Source: Lama guanicoe (taxonomy: Eukaryota). Taken from it: 64,000 nucleotides of DNA. The DNA lies in NCBI GenBank assembly GCA_013239625.1, contig MU054187.1, forward strand, positions 17,786,711 to 17,850,710, given 5' to 3'. Positions within the stretch are counted from its first letter, which is position 1. Each line of letters begins with the position of its first letter. Positions 1-13,725 of the stretch are shown here, one piece after another. A program made the translations under genes and the position numbers. The notes below the pieces were generated by a model, which did not search any database, had not been told where the DNA came from, and saw nothing but the letters and a program-made list of their open reading frames with translations.

Positions 1-103
1 AATGAATGGGTGTGGCTGTGTGCCAGTAAAACTATTTATATATGTAAAAACATGCAGCAGGCAGGCTGGATTTGGCCCATGGTCCCTAGTTTGCCAGCCT
101 CTG
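1..103 (+). mobile_element. MER58-type hAT-Charlie DNA transposon end
   Basis: gggtgtggctgtgtgccagtaaaact...ggatttggcccatggtccctagtttgccagcctctg resembles the MER58 terminus. Confidence 0.75.
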
Positions 104-1212
104 TTTTAAGTCTTAATAATTAACTTTAGTGCTATGTGTCTTTCTGGGGTGTTCCATTTTTATTTGGGTCTCTTCTGTTTCTACCTTAATTTCCCCATGA
201 AGTTGAATTCTCTTTTTGCTTTAGAGGAATTTGTATTTTGCATCTTATTCAATGTAGCTATATTTCTCATGTTTATGTAAGTCAGAGATAGTGGCAGTTC
301 TTCAGGATGATTTGGGCTTTAGAAATTTTTTTAAGCTCTTAGTCCTGACAAAACTTATTTGTTATTAGAGATTTTAGACCTATTCCACTAGTTAACAGGA
401 CAGATTTCTGAGCTTCAGGTGAGTGTGAAATCTAAAAGACAAACTCCATCTCAACAAGTAAACCTGTTGAAATAAATCGATTTTTTTTTTGACAGTGCAA
501 AGTTATTACATTTATGTCTTCTCAGTAGCTCATAGAGCTGAAATCTTTTACAGTGCTACGAAGTTTGATTCTGTCTGGGATAACTTTAAGATTTAATTTT
601 AAAAGAACTTCTGTTTACTGTATACATTGCATTTTGGGAGAATATTTTATCTTTAAAACATTCGCTGTTTCTTAAATTTGAATTAGTTGTGTTAATGAGA
701 TATATTTTTATCACTTCTTCCATCTGTCGGAGCCTCTAAGAGAAAATAAAACTGTAGAAAGACTATTAAACTATTTCTTGACAGGACAGGTTTTCTCTGA
801 TTAGAATGAGAGATTTTAACAGATGAGCCCTAATTTTAAAATGTGTTTTTAATGTAATGTTTTATTATTGCTTAACCTAGTCTACCATATGAAAATAATA
901 TATATGATGAAAACATATGGTATTATAGAGGCAAAAAAGAAGTAACATTTTTCTTTTTTTATAGTGAGGATTTGGTTTTTTTCCCCCAAGTTTGATTCTA
1001 AGCTGGGAGAAAATTGAAGTTTATCATATAGGAGACTTTTCTCTTACTAAGTTTAGATAAGTCAGGTTGGGTAGTTTTAAGGAAGTGAGAGTTTTTGCTT
1101 ATCAAATGTTACTATTTATGTTACATGTCTTAAATTACAGTTCATAAAACTTAAAATTCTTTATGTCCCATTTCAAGTATGATGTTATTAATGTTTCTTT
1201 TTTCTGTTTTAG

Positions 1213-1361
1213 ATTATATTCAGTGCCCATATTGTCAGAGGAGATTTAATGAAAATGCAGCTGATAGGCATATAAATTTCTGTAAAGAACAGGCAGCACG
1301 TATTAGCAATAAAGGCAAATTTTCTACTGATACCAAAGGAAAATCAACTTCTCGGACACAG
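1213..1361 (+). CDS. ZC2HC1A: ZC2HC1A internal coding exon (probably exon 5), containing a C2HC zinc finger
   Basis: Acceptor tttctgttttAG at 1211-1212 and donor CAG|GTAACA. Translates (D)YIQCPYCQRRFNENAADRHINFCKEQAARISNKGKFSTDTKGKSTSRTQ, recognised as ZC2HC1A/FAM164A, with a CxxC...H...C motif. Confidence 0.96.
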
Positions 1362-1724
1362 GTAACATGCTCAATGTAATCATTTCCTCAAATAAATGAG
1401 AAAATGACTTTAAGTTTACAATTCTGTGTTTATGCTTTATAGAACATTTGGCTACAATTTTCTTACCTGCTAAAATTTATGTATTACTGTTCTGAGATTT
1501 AGTTAGAAGTTTGGCTAATTGAGAACACAATTTGAAATGGACTTAAGTTAGAATAGACTTGAAAATACAGAGGAAAAAAATGAGAAAAGTAGTTAAAAAT
1601 CGGTGAAGCAGATTCATAGGAGGCCAGAGGGGTTGGAAAGGTGAAAAAATGGCAATAAAAATCCACATTTGAAAAACATGTAGAGACTGAATGTTTCCAT
1701 GTTACATATGAGTAACACATTTAA

Positions 1725-1890
1725 GAGAATGAAAACCTGGGGTCAAATTCAAACTTCTACTTTCCAACTTTTAGGCCAATAACATTCATGTATGTAAGCC
1801 TTTATTTATTCATCTTTGAAGTGGTAATCTATATGACTACTGTGAGAAGGAAATGAAATGATGTATGTGAAAGCACTTAGAGAACCATAC
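1725..1890 (+). mobile_element. MIR SINE fragment
   Basis: acctggggtcaaattc...gtgagaaggaaatgaaatgatgtatgtgaaagcacttag resembles the MIR core and 3' end. Confidence 0.6.
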
Positions 1891-2959
1891 ATCATCTAAG
1901 GATTTTGTTATGTGGAGTTAATTTTTACAGTACTGTTGTTTTTCTTTAAACGTATCGTTACATGAAGACTTTGATAATGTTATACTTTTGAGCAAATTTC
2001 ATTTTTCACAAAGCTTTCATTTCTATTCAGTGTTTTTTAGCACTGTAAATTTAGCAGCCAGTAAATAATCAAATTAATTGCTCTTGTTACTTAGGAATAA
2101 AATATTGGATTAAAAGACTCCATTTTAATTGGGACCTCCTTGAGATAGTTACCTTACTGAATTTTTGTTAGTCTTATTGGAAACAGAGCATATCATTATT
2201 GCCATCATTGTGGGAAAAGAACAGCAAAGAAAACTCATTTTGAAGAATTTCCAAAACAGATGTCAAACAACATGTCTTTCAAACACTTAAGAACACTAAT
2301 ATGATTTTTTGTTTTAAGATTAAAATAGTCAGTAAAGCAAAGGAAATAGGATTTGTGTATTCCAACGACTTGGTGCCAAATGATTCTTGAATATGAAATC
2401 CAAGTAGTTGCTAGTTCCCACCTTAAATAGTCAATTCCAATTCCATGGCTGGGCATGTATATTGTATAGTCTCAGACTAACCCCATATTTTCTCATCTCT
2501 GTTCATTCAAGAAGTTTTTGGGCATCCTTTTTAAACCAGATGTTTTGCCAAGTACTGGGTCTGTATTAGTAAAGTAAGTAGGATACTTTTCCTGAAGATT
2601 CTTAAATTCTCCCTTGTCATAGTTAGCACCTGTAACCTGGCCTGACTACAGCCCACTTTTCCACCCTTCTCTGATCAAAATAATGATGCAAATACAATGA
2701 AGATCTATTCCTATAAGTAAAAAACAAGTTCTACCATTTAGTTAAACTTTCATAACTCGTCTTCATTAGGAGTTTTATCAAATTCAGGTATAGTTGTGTT
2801 AAATTAGGCCCATGAAGACATAGCAAACCAAAAAATTAATTTGTCTGATTATTTTGAAAGAACAAATTATATTGAGATAGCCCATGCACAGTTTTATACA
2901 TACACGTATGTATTTGCACATACATGTGTATACTTTGCATTTTATATTTACTCAGATGT

Positions 2960-3800
2960 TATCATTTCCAGACCTCCTTATTTCTTCTTGTAAATCTCAG
3001 TTGCCATGTTTTGTCATTTCCCTTAAGCCTGAAAAACTTTCTCTAGCCTTTGTACAGATTTGCTGGCAATAAATTCTCTTGTTTTTGGTTATCTGAAAAA
3101 ATGCCTGTAGTTTACCTTCATTTCTCAGTTGAGATTCCCTGTATGTTCATTCACTATTACCATATTTCCCTTTAATTCTTGTGTATATGTTCCTTTAGTT
3201 TTTGAAGTTTACTTTTATAGATGAAACTCTTTACTGCTAAATCTAACATACCTGTGCCCACTTGGAGTCAGTTTCTGCTGACTGTCTTTTTTGCTGAACA
3301 TGGGTCATACTTTACTGTTTTTATTTTTCTTTCCTTTTCTTGTCTCGCCTTTTCCCTTCTCCTCTTCTTCTCTTCCCATTCTCTTCTTTTTCCCATTTCC
3401 TACAGTTAAACCCAGAGGTACATGGTTTCCAGAAAGACTGCTTTTTGGGTGATTTCCAATCTCTAAAAATCTTTTTTAAAAATCGTCTTTTAAAAATTGT
3501 TATCTGTAGAAGGGTAATACAGCTGCTTCACTCCTCTACCATTGTGTTTGTAATCTGTTACTGTATTTTTAATTTCTTGAAGTCAAATATTTTTCTAATT
3601 TTCTTTTTTACTTTTTGTAGTTTCCAATTCTCTGCTAAAGAAGTTTTTTAAAAAATTTCTTTGAATGCAGTAAGCACAGTTCTTTTATCTTATGTGTCTG
3701 ATAATTGTATCATGTGACCTTTATGGATATGTTCTTGCTTGTTTTACTTGTTCATGGTTCCTTATTAATCGGTAAGCCTATAATTATTATTGACTATTTG
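2960..3800 (-). mobile_element. Highly decayed old L1 (L1M-type) fragments
   Basis: T-rich antisense L1-like text, e.g. atttgctggcaataaattctct...atctgaaaa...ttaccttcattt. Confidence 0.45.
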
Positions 3801-6371
3801 CTGCTATTTCCCTTAAAAAGTTATTCGTGAGGATTATTCTTGGGAAGCAACTTGTTTCAGAGATCTGTACATGTTTCTTCCAGGTATCTACGAGTGCTAC
3901 CAGTCTGGGAACTCTTTAAATTAAATTATTGGCTTTAGTTTCCTCGGCCACCTGGTGATGCATAATCATACAGCAAATCTGTGTGATGGACAGACTGTTG
4001 TACAGTCTCATATGGTGTTGGCCTGCCAGTGCTTTTTCCTCTCATGTGACATTCAGTCCTTTTAAAATGATAGCATTTTTACTTTTTTAGTTGAAGTAGT
4101 GGTCCCCAAATAGTGCCTTCTACCAGTTTTATCAGAAATACACGTCCTCCATGTTCTTTACGCTTTTTCCAATTTCAGTAAAAAGTCTTTGTAAATCTAA
4201 ATATTTTACTAAGGAAATTTATTAGATTTGTGATCTGTATGAGAACAAATGAAATAATCACCTAACAATACTAACATTACGAATGAAATAATGTATATAA
4301 CTATAAAAATAGATTTTGTTCTTCTGATCATTGAAATGAATTTATACAAAAATCTGCTATCTAGAGTTATCTTGAAAGCCTGTATAATATCGGTAGAATT
4401 TCAGCTAGATATTGTAGAACAGATAAAATACAGCTCAGTAAAGAGTCAGATTATCTAGGTCAGGGGAATAGCAAGTTACTGAGAGGCAGGTGAACATGTT
4501 TTAAACAAGGGGCATTCAGAGTGGTACAAGAATTCAGTAAGGAAACTAACCTAACTAGTTCTGGTTGAAAGTAATAGGAAATATTATAGGAGATAGGTAA
4601 GGTTGGGCTAGGTTCTGATCATCTCAGAAAACCTGACTGAAAAATTGAGTAAAATAGTGGGAGGCCTAATAAGAGAGGGAAAAAACAAATCACCTCTTGA
4701 AAGGAATATTCTGTTTTTTCCTCCTGTTTGTAAGCCATTAGGTTAGTAATTCCTAATATGTACATAAAAATCCCGGTATGTAATGCTACTAGGGCCCTTC
4801 CTGCCTAAAACTTGACCTCTCAATATGTCATATGCTGTACCAGCATCTTTTATTTGTGGTGATCATTTTCCTTTTTTTTTTTTTTTTTTTTGCCAATTAG
4901 CACAATATGAGTGGGTCACCAATCCTGTTTCTTAATCCAGTTTTATTGACTGTTTTTTTAGTAGACATGCCTCTAATATTTTCACAAGTCATTGTTAGGT
5001 CTTGTTTTCCAAGTTACTAGTTTTAAAGTCTTTCCTAATAGCCTCATTGGTATTTTAGTGGGAGAGACTAACACTAACCAGATGCTCTTTTAAACCAGAA
5101 AAACCTCTTAGGTTTTCAAAGAAACAATATCTTTATATCTCCAAATTCATTTGTTCATTTGATAGACAGTTATCGAAGGTTTCCTAGTTGCCAAGTGCTT
5201 TAAAAATTGCAGTTTCTGGCATAAGAGTGCCAAATAGGCATGTTTTGGGGGGTTTTTTTGTATGTGTATGACCCTTTTACCAAGATTTGTTTTCATAAAA
5301 GGTCAAATACTGAATTTTGAAGAGTTACATTTTTGACTTAAAAATGTGTTTAGCCAGTAGTTTTTGGTAGTAGTGTATCTTAACTTTTATACTGATTATT
5401 GGTTGTAAATATGACTTGATTTTTGAAAATTAGGTTTAAAACCAGTTTTCTTCATGAAGTCCAAAGCAATCTAAATAATGCATTGGGCCCAGGTACACCT
5501 ACAAATACAGTAATTGCCTTATAGTTGAAACAAAGGGCTAGAACTAAGGTGGCATGAGTCTTAATTCCTGTTCTGCTGTTAAGTTGGGGTATAACCCTGG
5601 GCAAATTCATCTCTTTATATTGAAGTGAGTGAGCAATAAGATACTTTCGTGTTCAGAGCAAAATTTGACTGAAATAAAATACAGTGAAATAAAATTAATG
5701 ATGATATCCCTCTAGAGAGTGGGAGGGGGAGAGGAAAATAAACAAAACAACATAAGCTGAAATACTCTTTTATCAGTCCATATCCCATTCATCTAACATG
5801 GTCTGGTGAGATTAGTGAATCCAGAATTACCTCTTTCTCTCCACATTGGGGCAATCCATCAGGCAGCTATTGTAAAACTTCTTGAGACTGATATATATGC
5901 TAACCAATTTTTATCAGTAGGAAATGTGGCTAGATTATAATATATGAAATATAAGACCACACTCAGGAATGTGGAAAAATCTTGACTTTTAAAGCTACAC
6001 CACCAAGTGAGCATCACTGGATGTTTCTAAGTTTTTCTATCATTTGTTTGGTGCTTAGAATCTTGACATTGAGGAAATTTTTTCCATCTGATCTATTTTG
6101 TTTTTCTCTGAACTGGGAAAAATTGCACTTAGTTTATTTTTGCAGTGGAACATTTGAGCCAAACTTTTAGTACTCCAGTTATGAGAAGAAACATATTTTG
6201 GGAAACTTCTCTCTAAGGAGATATATTTTAATCTATAGTTTCTCAATTTGGGTAATTCAGTAGCTAATAAAAAGATTACTCATTTAAAGGAATGTTCACT
6301 TTTGAAATATTGGTTTACAATCCATAATCAAAAAGTGATGTTGATAAAATGTTTTATTTTCATTATTTTAG

Positions 6372-6471
6372 TATAAGCCACCTGCACTTAAAAAGTCAAA
6401 TTCTCCTGGAACCACCTCATCAGGATCTTCACGATTACCCCAACCAAGTGGCACTAGCAAAAGTGTCGTAG
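6372..6471 (+). CDS. ZC2HC1A: ZC2HC1A coding exon (probably exon 6)
   Basis: ttattttAG|TAT...GTA G|GTAATG. Translates YKPPALKKSNSPGTTSSGSSRLPQPSGTSKSVV(G); phase 0 in, phase 1 out, matching neighbouring exons. Confidence 0.95.
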
Positions 6472-7071
6472 GTAATGAAATCAATAAAATAACTTGTTTT
6501 CTTTAAACAGTGGAGGTAGAGAAGGAAATGATGATTGTAGTCTGTTCTGGGTTATTAAAAATAGATTTATAATTATGATGAAATGTAGAGGGTAAGTAAT
6601 TACTTTGGGTAAAAATAAAGTAACTTTCAATAGCTTCTACTTTAGATATATTATAGTTCTTTCTTTTTTTTTTTTAGCTTATATGTCTGTTCTTCATGGT
6701 GTCACTGCTGTATCACCTCTTCAGAATTGTCTGCCACGTTCTTTTCTTGACTCTTTGACCACAGTATTTTCCCCTTCATTTCTGCATTTACCTCTCTGAA
6801 CTTGACAATTATCCTTAATAGAAAAATCTTTAGTGGTTTAAAGATGATATTGACTACCAAAGTGTACCTTTATTTGTATGTAAGTTGTAAGAAAGAAATA
6901 CAGACATTAGAAATGAAGGCTGCTGTGTGTTGTTCCTTGGAAATTTTGTTTTTATTTATTGCCACAAAAATTTATTGCCACTAAAGCATTGTTTTCTTGG
7001 TCAGTTTCTCTGTTTTACGTGATTTCTCTTTTTCAGAGTGTTGTTAAAACTAATACCTTTTTTATTATAAG

Positions 7072-7171
7072 GTGTTCCTTCAGGTAAAGTGTCTTCAGTT
7101 AGCAGCTCTTTGGGAAGCAAACTTCAGACCTTATCTCCCTCCCATAAAGGGATAGCAGCCCCTCATGTAGG
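7072..7171 (+). CDS. ZC2HC1A: ZC2HC1A coding exon (probably exon 7)
   Basis: ttattataAG|GT GTT CCT...GTA GG|GTAAGT. Translates (G)VPSGKVSSVSSSLGSKLQTLSPSHKGIAAPHV(G); phase 1 to 2. Confidence 0.95.
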
Positions 7172-7484
7172 GTAAGTCTACATTGAATTTAATTTATTGG
7201 TGATTCATATATATATATGCATATATAAATGATACTAAGATTTTATTTTGTTTAGGTAATTGGCTTTTTCATTAATCTTAATTTTCTAAGTGTGTCTTTT
7301 AACATATTGCTGATCAGGAGCTCACGTACTGCTGCTGAGAGTGTAAATTAGTATAACCAATTTGAAAGAAAATACGGTGGTGTTTAGCAAGAGCCTTAAA
7401 AACATTCATATTTTCCATCGAATAGTTTTACTTCTGGGAATCTAGTCTAAGGAAATGACTTAAAATATGAATGATTTTTATAAT

Positions 7485-7675
7485 AACCATTATTTATTAA
7501 GCATGTATCAGACACTGTGCTAGACATTTTACATTATTTTTACTAAAACCTCCCCACTGCCTTAGGATGAGAGGATCAGAGAAGCAAAGTAATATGCTCG
7601 AAGCCACACAGCTCTTAAGAGTTGGAAGTGGAATACAAATGGAGTCTCTTTGGATCTAAATGCTGGACTCCTCTG
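7485..7675 (-). mobile_element. MIR SINE
   Basis: tatttattaagc...cagacactgtgctagacattttaca...gatgagaggatcagagaag...gccacacagct. Confidence 0.6.
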
Positions 7676-10600
7676 GCATGGTTTTATAATAATGTGAAAA
7701 AAAAAGTAGAATCACCTGTATGTCTTGCTTTGAATAACAAATTATGAAAATCTACAAAGGGATATTATATGATCCTAAAATATGTATACATTTTAAAAAG
7801 ATTCTTCTACTATTACAAAGTATATAGGATACAAACTCCATGTGTACTTTGATAGAAACTATAAAAATGTATGTAGACGAAAAAGAAAATACGCTGAAAT
7901 ATTATCTGTGGGTTGTTCTTTTCTGTTTGTTTAATACTTTTAAAATACTTTTTAATCTGTCTTCAGTTTTATATACATGGCTTTTAATAAAGTAGTATAA
8001 TTAAGCTTTCAACAGTTATTTTAATATGGGAAAAGTTGTTGATAACACTAGAGATTTTAATAGAAGTCCTTTTATTCCAGTAGAAACTCACTTTCCACTT
8101 TGATAAATCAGAAAATTGAAGGATTGCCACGTGAGCATTAGAATGTGGCCTTATGTCTTTATAGATACTGATAAAGTTGATTTAGGAAATACAGCACACA
8201 TTATTTTCAGATCTATGTTATTTTGGTTTTTATGTGGGAAATATATACAATGGTATCTATCAATAGAGTAGCTCCCTTTTGTCTCCTAATTTGGACTACA
8301 TAGTGTAAGACTGAAAAGGAGTTTAATGTAAGTATCGTTGTAGAAAAAGAAAACGGTCAACTAACAAGATCTGATGAGTTAAATGTTTTTTCCTTTTGTT
8401 GTGCTTCCAAGAAGAGACAGGTTATCCTTAAGAAAGAGACTGGTTATCAGTAGAACAGATGGTTGAAAAGTAAAAGGTTCTCTTCTTCCAGCACTAAAAA
8501 AACTGATTTGATTTTTTTTTCACTTCTCTAGAGTTGACTGATTAGATATTTAAAGTACAGACATAGCAATACGTTTCAGCTTTACAAACAATAGTTTCAT
8601 TTATAGTCAATTATGAATTAAAAGGCTGATAATTTTTAGTGCCTCTCCTATCAATTGTATCAGTTGGCAATATTAAGTTGTACTGACACCCTGTAATTTT
8701 AGTAGGGCATGTGAAGCTGGCTGGTATAATGAAAAGGGTTACTGACTTTGGATTCAAAAACTAGGTTTCTAGATCCTACTTTGTCACTAAATAGCTATAG
8801 ACTTTGTTCAAAGGTCTTTTCTCTGTCTCACTCTGACAACATTCTGTAACTCTGCTTACACCTTGACAACTGATCTAAGGAAATCTGACCAACATTTTTT
8901 GATTTCTAGGAGAAAATGTTTTCACTAACAAGCAAAGACTTTGGGCACAATAATTTCATAAGTTATGCACTGCTACAATGCTATAAAGATTTAAAAATTT
9001 TGGTTGTCCCATACAATATTAAATTGTCAAAAATAACTATTTAAATCCCAATTGTCCATTCTATATACGATCCTTACATATTATAGGAGTGTTTCCAATT
9101 ACTGGAAAGAGAGTAGTGGTATGTGCTTCTGGCCAATATTATTGGACAGATATATTAACTATATTAAGTGGAACATTAGTATATTAAATAGAACCAATCA
9201 TGGCTGCCTCTTTAGTGGCAGAACTTGTTCCTTTTTTAGAATTATTGAGGTCATGATTTGTGTTTCCCTTGCTAGATTAGAAGTTCTGATGGCAAAGTTC
9301 TGTGTGTCTGCCTTGCTTACAGATGCAGCTCTCAAATGTGGTATGATGTTTGGCATAGGCACACAAACTTTTGGTGAATAAATGAAAAAATAGTGAATCA
9401 GTTAATTAAATTTCTCATTTGTCAGCCTTTTGGCACATCACCAAATCATGGTTCTGGTACTGGTGAGATAATTGCTTGTGGTTTTTATGACAGTATTATT
9501 ATTGGCACAGACAATTCAGGATTGAATAAAGATAGGATTCAGACATCTGGTTAGCTGTACTGTTTAAGAAATTGAGCATCCTCTGAGATTAGTAAAATAA
9601 AGTCACTTCAGTAGGTTGGGATTACTTAAAGCCTGGTATGTAAATTTTTATTGTGGTCAGCTTTAATCATACAAACCAGTGCTCTGTGATATTTAGTATT
9701 TATTGGGGTCATACCACAGAAAAATTTATCTTTTTCCTAGGAAAAATTCTCATGTTTGAATAATTAACTTCACAATCTGTGGGTCAACTGATTTTAACAA
9801 TTTTTCTTAAGCGAGACATACCCCCAATGGAAGACTGTTTTCTTATGCTAAAAGATGATTTTCTTTGCTCCTAGGAGATTTTAGAAATGTGATGAGACAG
9901 CATTTTAAAATAAATATCACCACACTTGAATTGCGTCAGAGAGTGTACAGTCATGCCTTGAGAATTGTGTTTTCTTAATGGTTGATTACCAACTTAAATG
10001 GATATTTCAGCTGATAATTTTCAATAGCTAAAATATCCAGTTTCAGAGATTTACTTCTGTTCAGTTACTGTGAAAAATTGGAGTTTACTTTGGAGATAGG
10101 CTATAGTAGGTGTGGTTAAACTAGAGAAACAATGCATGTGAGGAACATTTCTTAATAAATGAAGTTGGTTTCTCATTCTTTATATTAACAAAAGTGAGGA
10201 GAAATGTCTAGTTTTTAAGTATATTTTTGTATGAGTGGAAGCAGGCTTTTCTCATAAGCCATTCTTTTGATGCGTGTAGTTTGTTTGGATCATTACTTAC
10301 ATTTTTATAAACTTCTCTGTCTTTTATGATTGATCTGGAAATGTCTAAAACAACCTAGAATTGCAGAGTTTGGCTTCTTATGTGGATAAAGATGATTTTT
10401 AGGCTATTGGATTAGGGAAGCTAACTTCGCCAGGGAGTTGAGATACTAAATTATCTGTATAGGATTGATGAGTTTAGAATCAAAAGTAGAAGTATGACAG
10501 ATTTCAAAATTTTGAGTGCCTCAGAATGTCATAGCTATGGATGTCTACAAAGACACAAAATATCACTTGGTAAAATTTTTCCCAGTATTATTTCAAAACT

Positions 10601-11092
10601 CATCTTTTTATTTTACCTACTCTGCTAGTTACAGGCCTACAAGATAGAGTGGCTTATTTCCAAAGAATTCACTCTTACAGTATTAACAGTAAACAAGGAC
10701 CTTCCCTGGGTTTGTTTATCCCAAATTAGAAACAGATTGATATCATTGCCAAATAGTTCTTAAAATGCTCATTCAACTATGAATATTTAGAAAGCCTGCC
10801 AATTTATTGTTCCTTTCTAGATAATCTTACTCATATCGTGGCAGTTACGTCCTACTAGAGATAGTCCTTTTAAAAGTCTAGGTCAAAATTGAATAGTTTA
10901 TCATCTATAGAAATGGATCAGCTTGACAAAATGTAATGTATTTTTATCTAGGAATACAGGATAAAGTAGTGATACTTATCATTAATTATGGTGAAATTTT
11001 AAAAATTATCATTGGAATCTACGTTTCGTTTAGATTTTCCGAGTCTTAAAATACTGGTATCCTCCCATGTATGGAAATTTGATATTTTAGAG

Positions 11093-11302
11093 CAGGTGAT
11101 CTTTTTAAACTACGGCCTGAGGGCCAAATCCTGCCGAGCTGTTTTTATTGGAACATGGCCACACCCAATTGTTTCTGCTTTGTCTTTGGCTGTTTTCATG
11201 CTGCAGTAGTAAGGTTGAGTCTTTATGACAGAAACAGTATAGCTCACAGAGCCTAAAATATTTCCTGTCTGGCTTTTCATAGGAAAAGTTCGCCACTCCC
11301 TG
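11093..11302 (-). mobile_element. MER58A DNA transposon, near full length
   Basis: aaactacggcctgagggccaaatcc...tttttattggaacatggccacaccc...aaaatatttcctgtctggc...gaaaagttcgccactccctg. Confidence 0.8.
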
Positions 11303-12494
11303 TTTTAGAATAAGTTATTGAAGGAATTAGATATTTATAGTTTGAAGATAGGAATTTTAAGGATTCTTTATTTATTCCCAATGATGGAATGATTTTTTTT
11401 AAGTCATGTGGAATATCTAGGAAGATAGGCCATAGATTAGTGTTCCACAGAACCAAGGGTCTTTTTTTTTTTAACTTTTAAAAATTCATTGAAACACATT
11501 TCTGTGGTTGAATTGAAAGAATAGTGAGGGATTATTACAACTACATTTTCATGTTGACTCTGACTAGATCTAGTGCCAATTTAGGGACCTATCTGTGAAT
11601 TTCATATGAGGGTTCCGTTATATGTATCAGATTGCTTGCTCTGCACCAAATTTACTCTATATAGGTGTGCTTGGGTGACTTCAAAATACCTTCCTTTTTT
11701 TCCTCAGTAGCAACAAGATTACTTTAACTGCTGAATGGATTTTATTCCTGCCTCAGTTTCTTTCAGACCTGGGTGTATCATCATCGTTACTGAATTCGAC
11801 CCTTTAAAAGAAAAATAGCATAGAGGCACTCTAAAAACATTGATAATGATAGTTTTTTAATGGTTACTATTAAATTGAAATTACAGTCCTCAAACTTTGT
11901 GAATAATGTAAAAATACTTATTAATAAGGTAGATTTTTCATTGTACTTTCCCAAAATTTATTGTCAGAGTAACCCCAGATGTAGATAATGTATAAATTCA
12001 ATATTAAAATCAACAAAGGTGACTTTTTTTCATAACCTAAAACATGTAAGGCCTCTGAGGACAGGGCAAAACGTGTAATAGACAGAGGCTTCCTAGTTCC
12101 TGTACTCATTTTATTCACATCCTTAAATCAGCTGCTTGAGGTTTTGCAAGACCAAGAAAGACATAGTGAAGAAATTTCAACCGAAGAGCAGTCAGTTGGG
12201 TTGAAAACTTTATATTCCTTTTGAAAATACATCACCATTTTTGCATAAATTTCAATCTCTTTCCAAATATTCCTTTATGTTGTTGATTCTTTGACTTACC
12301 TTTAGTGCTGCTGAAGCTTGAGGGACAGAAAAGAAGGGATTCAGTAGAAAAGGAGATGGAAGCAAGGAAGTGTTCATGTTCACTAAAATATATATATGAA
12401 CATGGTACATAAGAAATGGTCTGTTATACATATGATCTGAGATAGTTTATGGAAAGATTTAAGTATTTGAAAGGTCTTCTTTCATAAATGATTA

Positions 12495-12945
12495 TTTTTA
12501 ATTTTTTGCTAAGGTATAGTTGATGTAAAATATTATATAAGTTTCAGGTACAAAACTAGTGATTCACAATGTTTAAAGGTTATAGTCCATTTATAGTTAC
12601 TGTAAAATATTGGCTGTAGTCCCCATGTTGTACGATATATCCTTGTAACTTGTTTTATACATAACAGGTTGTACCTCTTAATTCCCTGTGCCTATCTTGC
12701 CCTTCCTTCCTTCCTTCTCATCACTGGTAACCACTAGTTTGTTCTCTATATCTGTGAGTCTTTTCCTTTTTTGTTATATTTATCACTTTATTTCATTTTT
12801 TTTAGATTCCACATATAAGTGATATCATGCAGTATTTGTCTTTCTTTGTCTTACTTCACTTAGCATAATAACCTCCAAGTTCATCCATGTTATTCCAAAT
12901 GGCAAAATATCTTTATTATGGCTGAGAAGTATTCTATTTTGTGTG

Positions 12946-12991
<46 letters not shown>

Positions 12992-13725
12992 CTCACATCT
13001 TCTTTATTTATTCATCTGTTAATGGCCACTTAGGTTTCTTCCCTATTTTGGCAATTGTAAATAATGCTACTGTGAACAAAGGTGCATGCATCTTTTCAAA
13101 TCAGTGTTTTCACAATTTTTTAAAAATATATCCCCAGGAGTGAAGTTGTTGGATCATATGGTAGTTCTATTTTTGGATTTTTGAGGACCCTCCCTACTAC
13201 TTTCCACAGTGGCTGCACCAATTTACATTCCCACCAACAGTGTTACAAGTATTACCTTTTTTTCCGCATCCTCATCAGCATTATTATTTGTGGTCTTTTT
13301 GATGATAGCCATTCAGGCAGGTATGAAGTGGTACCTAACTGTGTGTTTTTTCTTTCTTTTGAGTGGAGATAGAGGTTGCAGTAACTTCCTCAGCACACAA
13401 TGGGAGGCCCTGCATCTTGGAAGAAATAATTGTGGTTTTAATTTGCATTTCTCTGATGATTAACAGTATTGAGCATCTTTTCCTGTGCCTGTTGGCCATC
13501 TGTATGTCTTCTTTAGAAAAATGTCTATTCAGGTCTTCTACCCATTTTTTAATTGAGTTGTTTATTTTTTTGATGTTGAGTTGTATCCACTATTTATATA
13601 TGTTGGAAATTAACGCCTTATAGATCATATCATTTGCAAATATTTTCTTCCATTCAGTAGGTTGTCTTTGTTTTGTTGATGGTTTCCTTTGCTGTACAAA
13701 AGCTTTTAAGTTTAATTAGGTCCCA
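12495..13725 (-). mobile_element. 5'-truncated L1 (ORF2 end and 3' UTR), antisense to ZC2HC1A
   Basis: Typical L1 3' motifs: agattccacatataagtgatatcat, ccacagtggctgcaccaatttacattcccaccaacagtg, ctttagaaaaatgtctattcaggtc. Interrupted by a (GT)n tract and an 83-bp insert. Confidence 0.9.
12948..12989. repeat. (GT)21 microsatellite
   Basis: Perfect dinucleotide run read directly. Confidence 0.95.

Noticed and set aside
1179..1379. 66-aa ORF as a standalone gene
   Set aside because: It is the ZC2HC1A exon read through into flanking intron.
12952..13623. Cluster of + strand ORFs
   Set aside because: Antisense readings of L1 and the (GT)n microsatellite.
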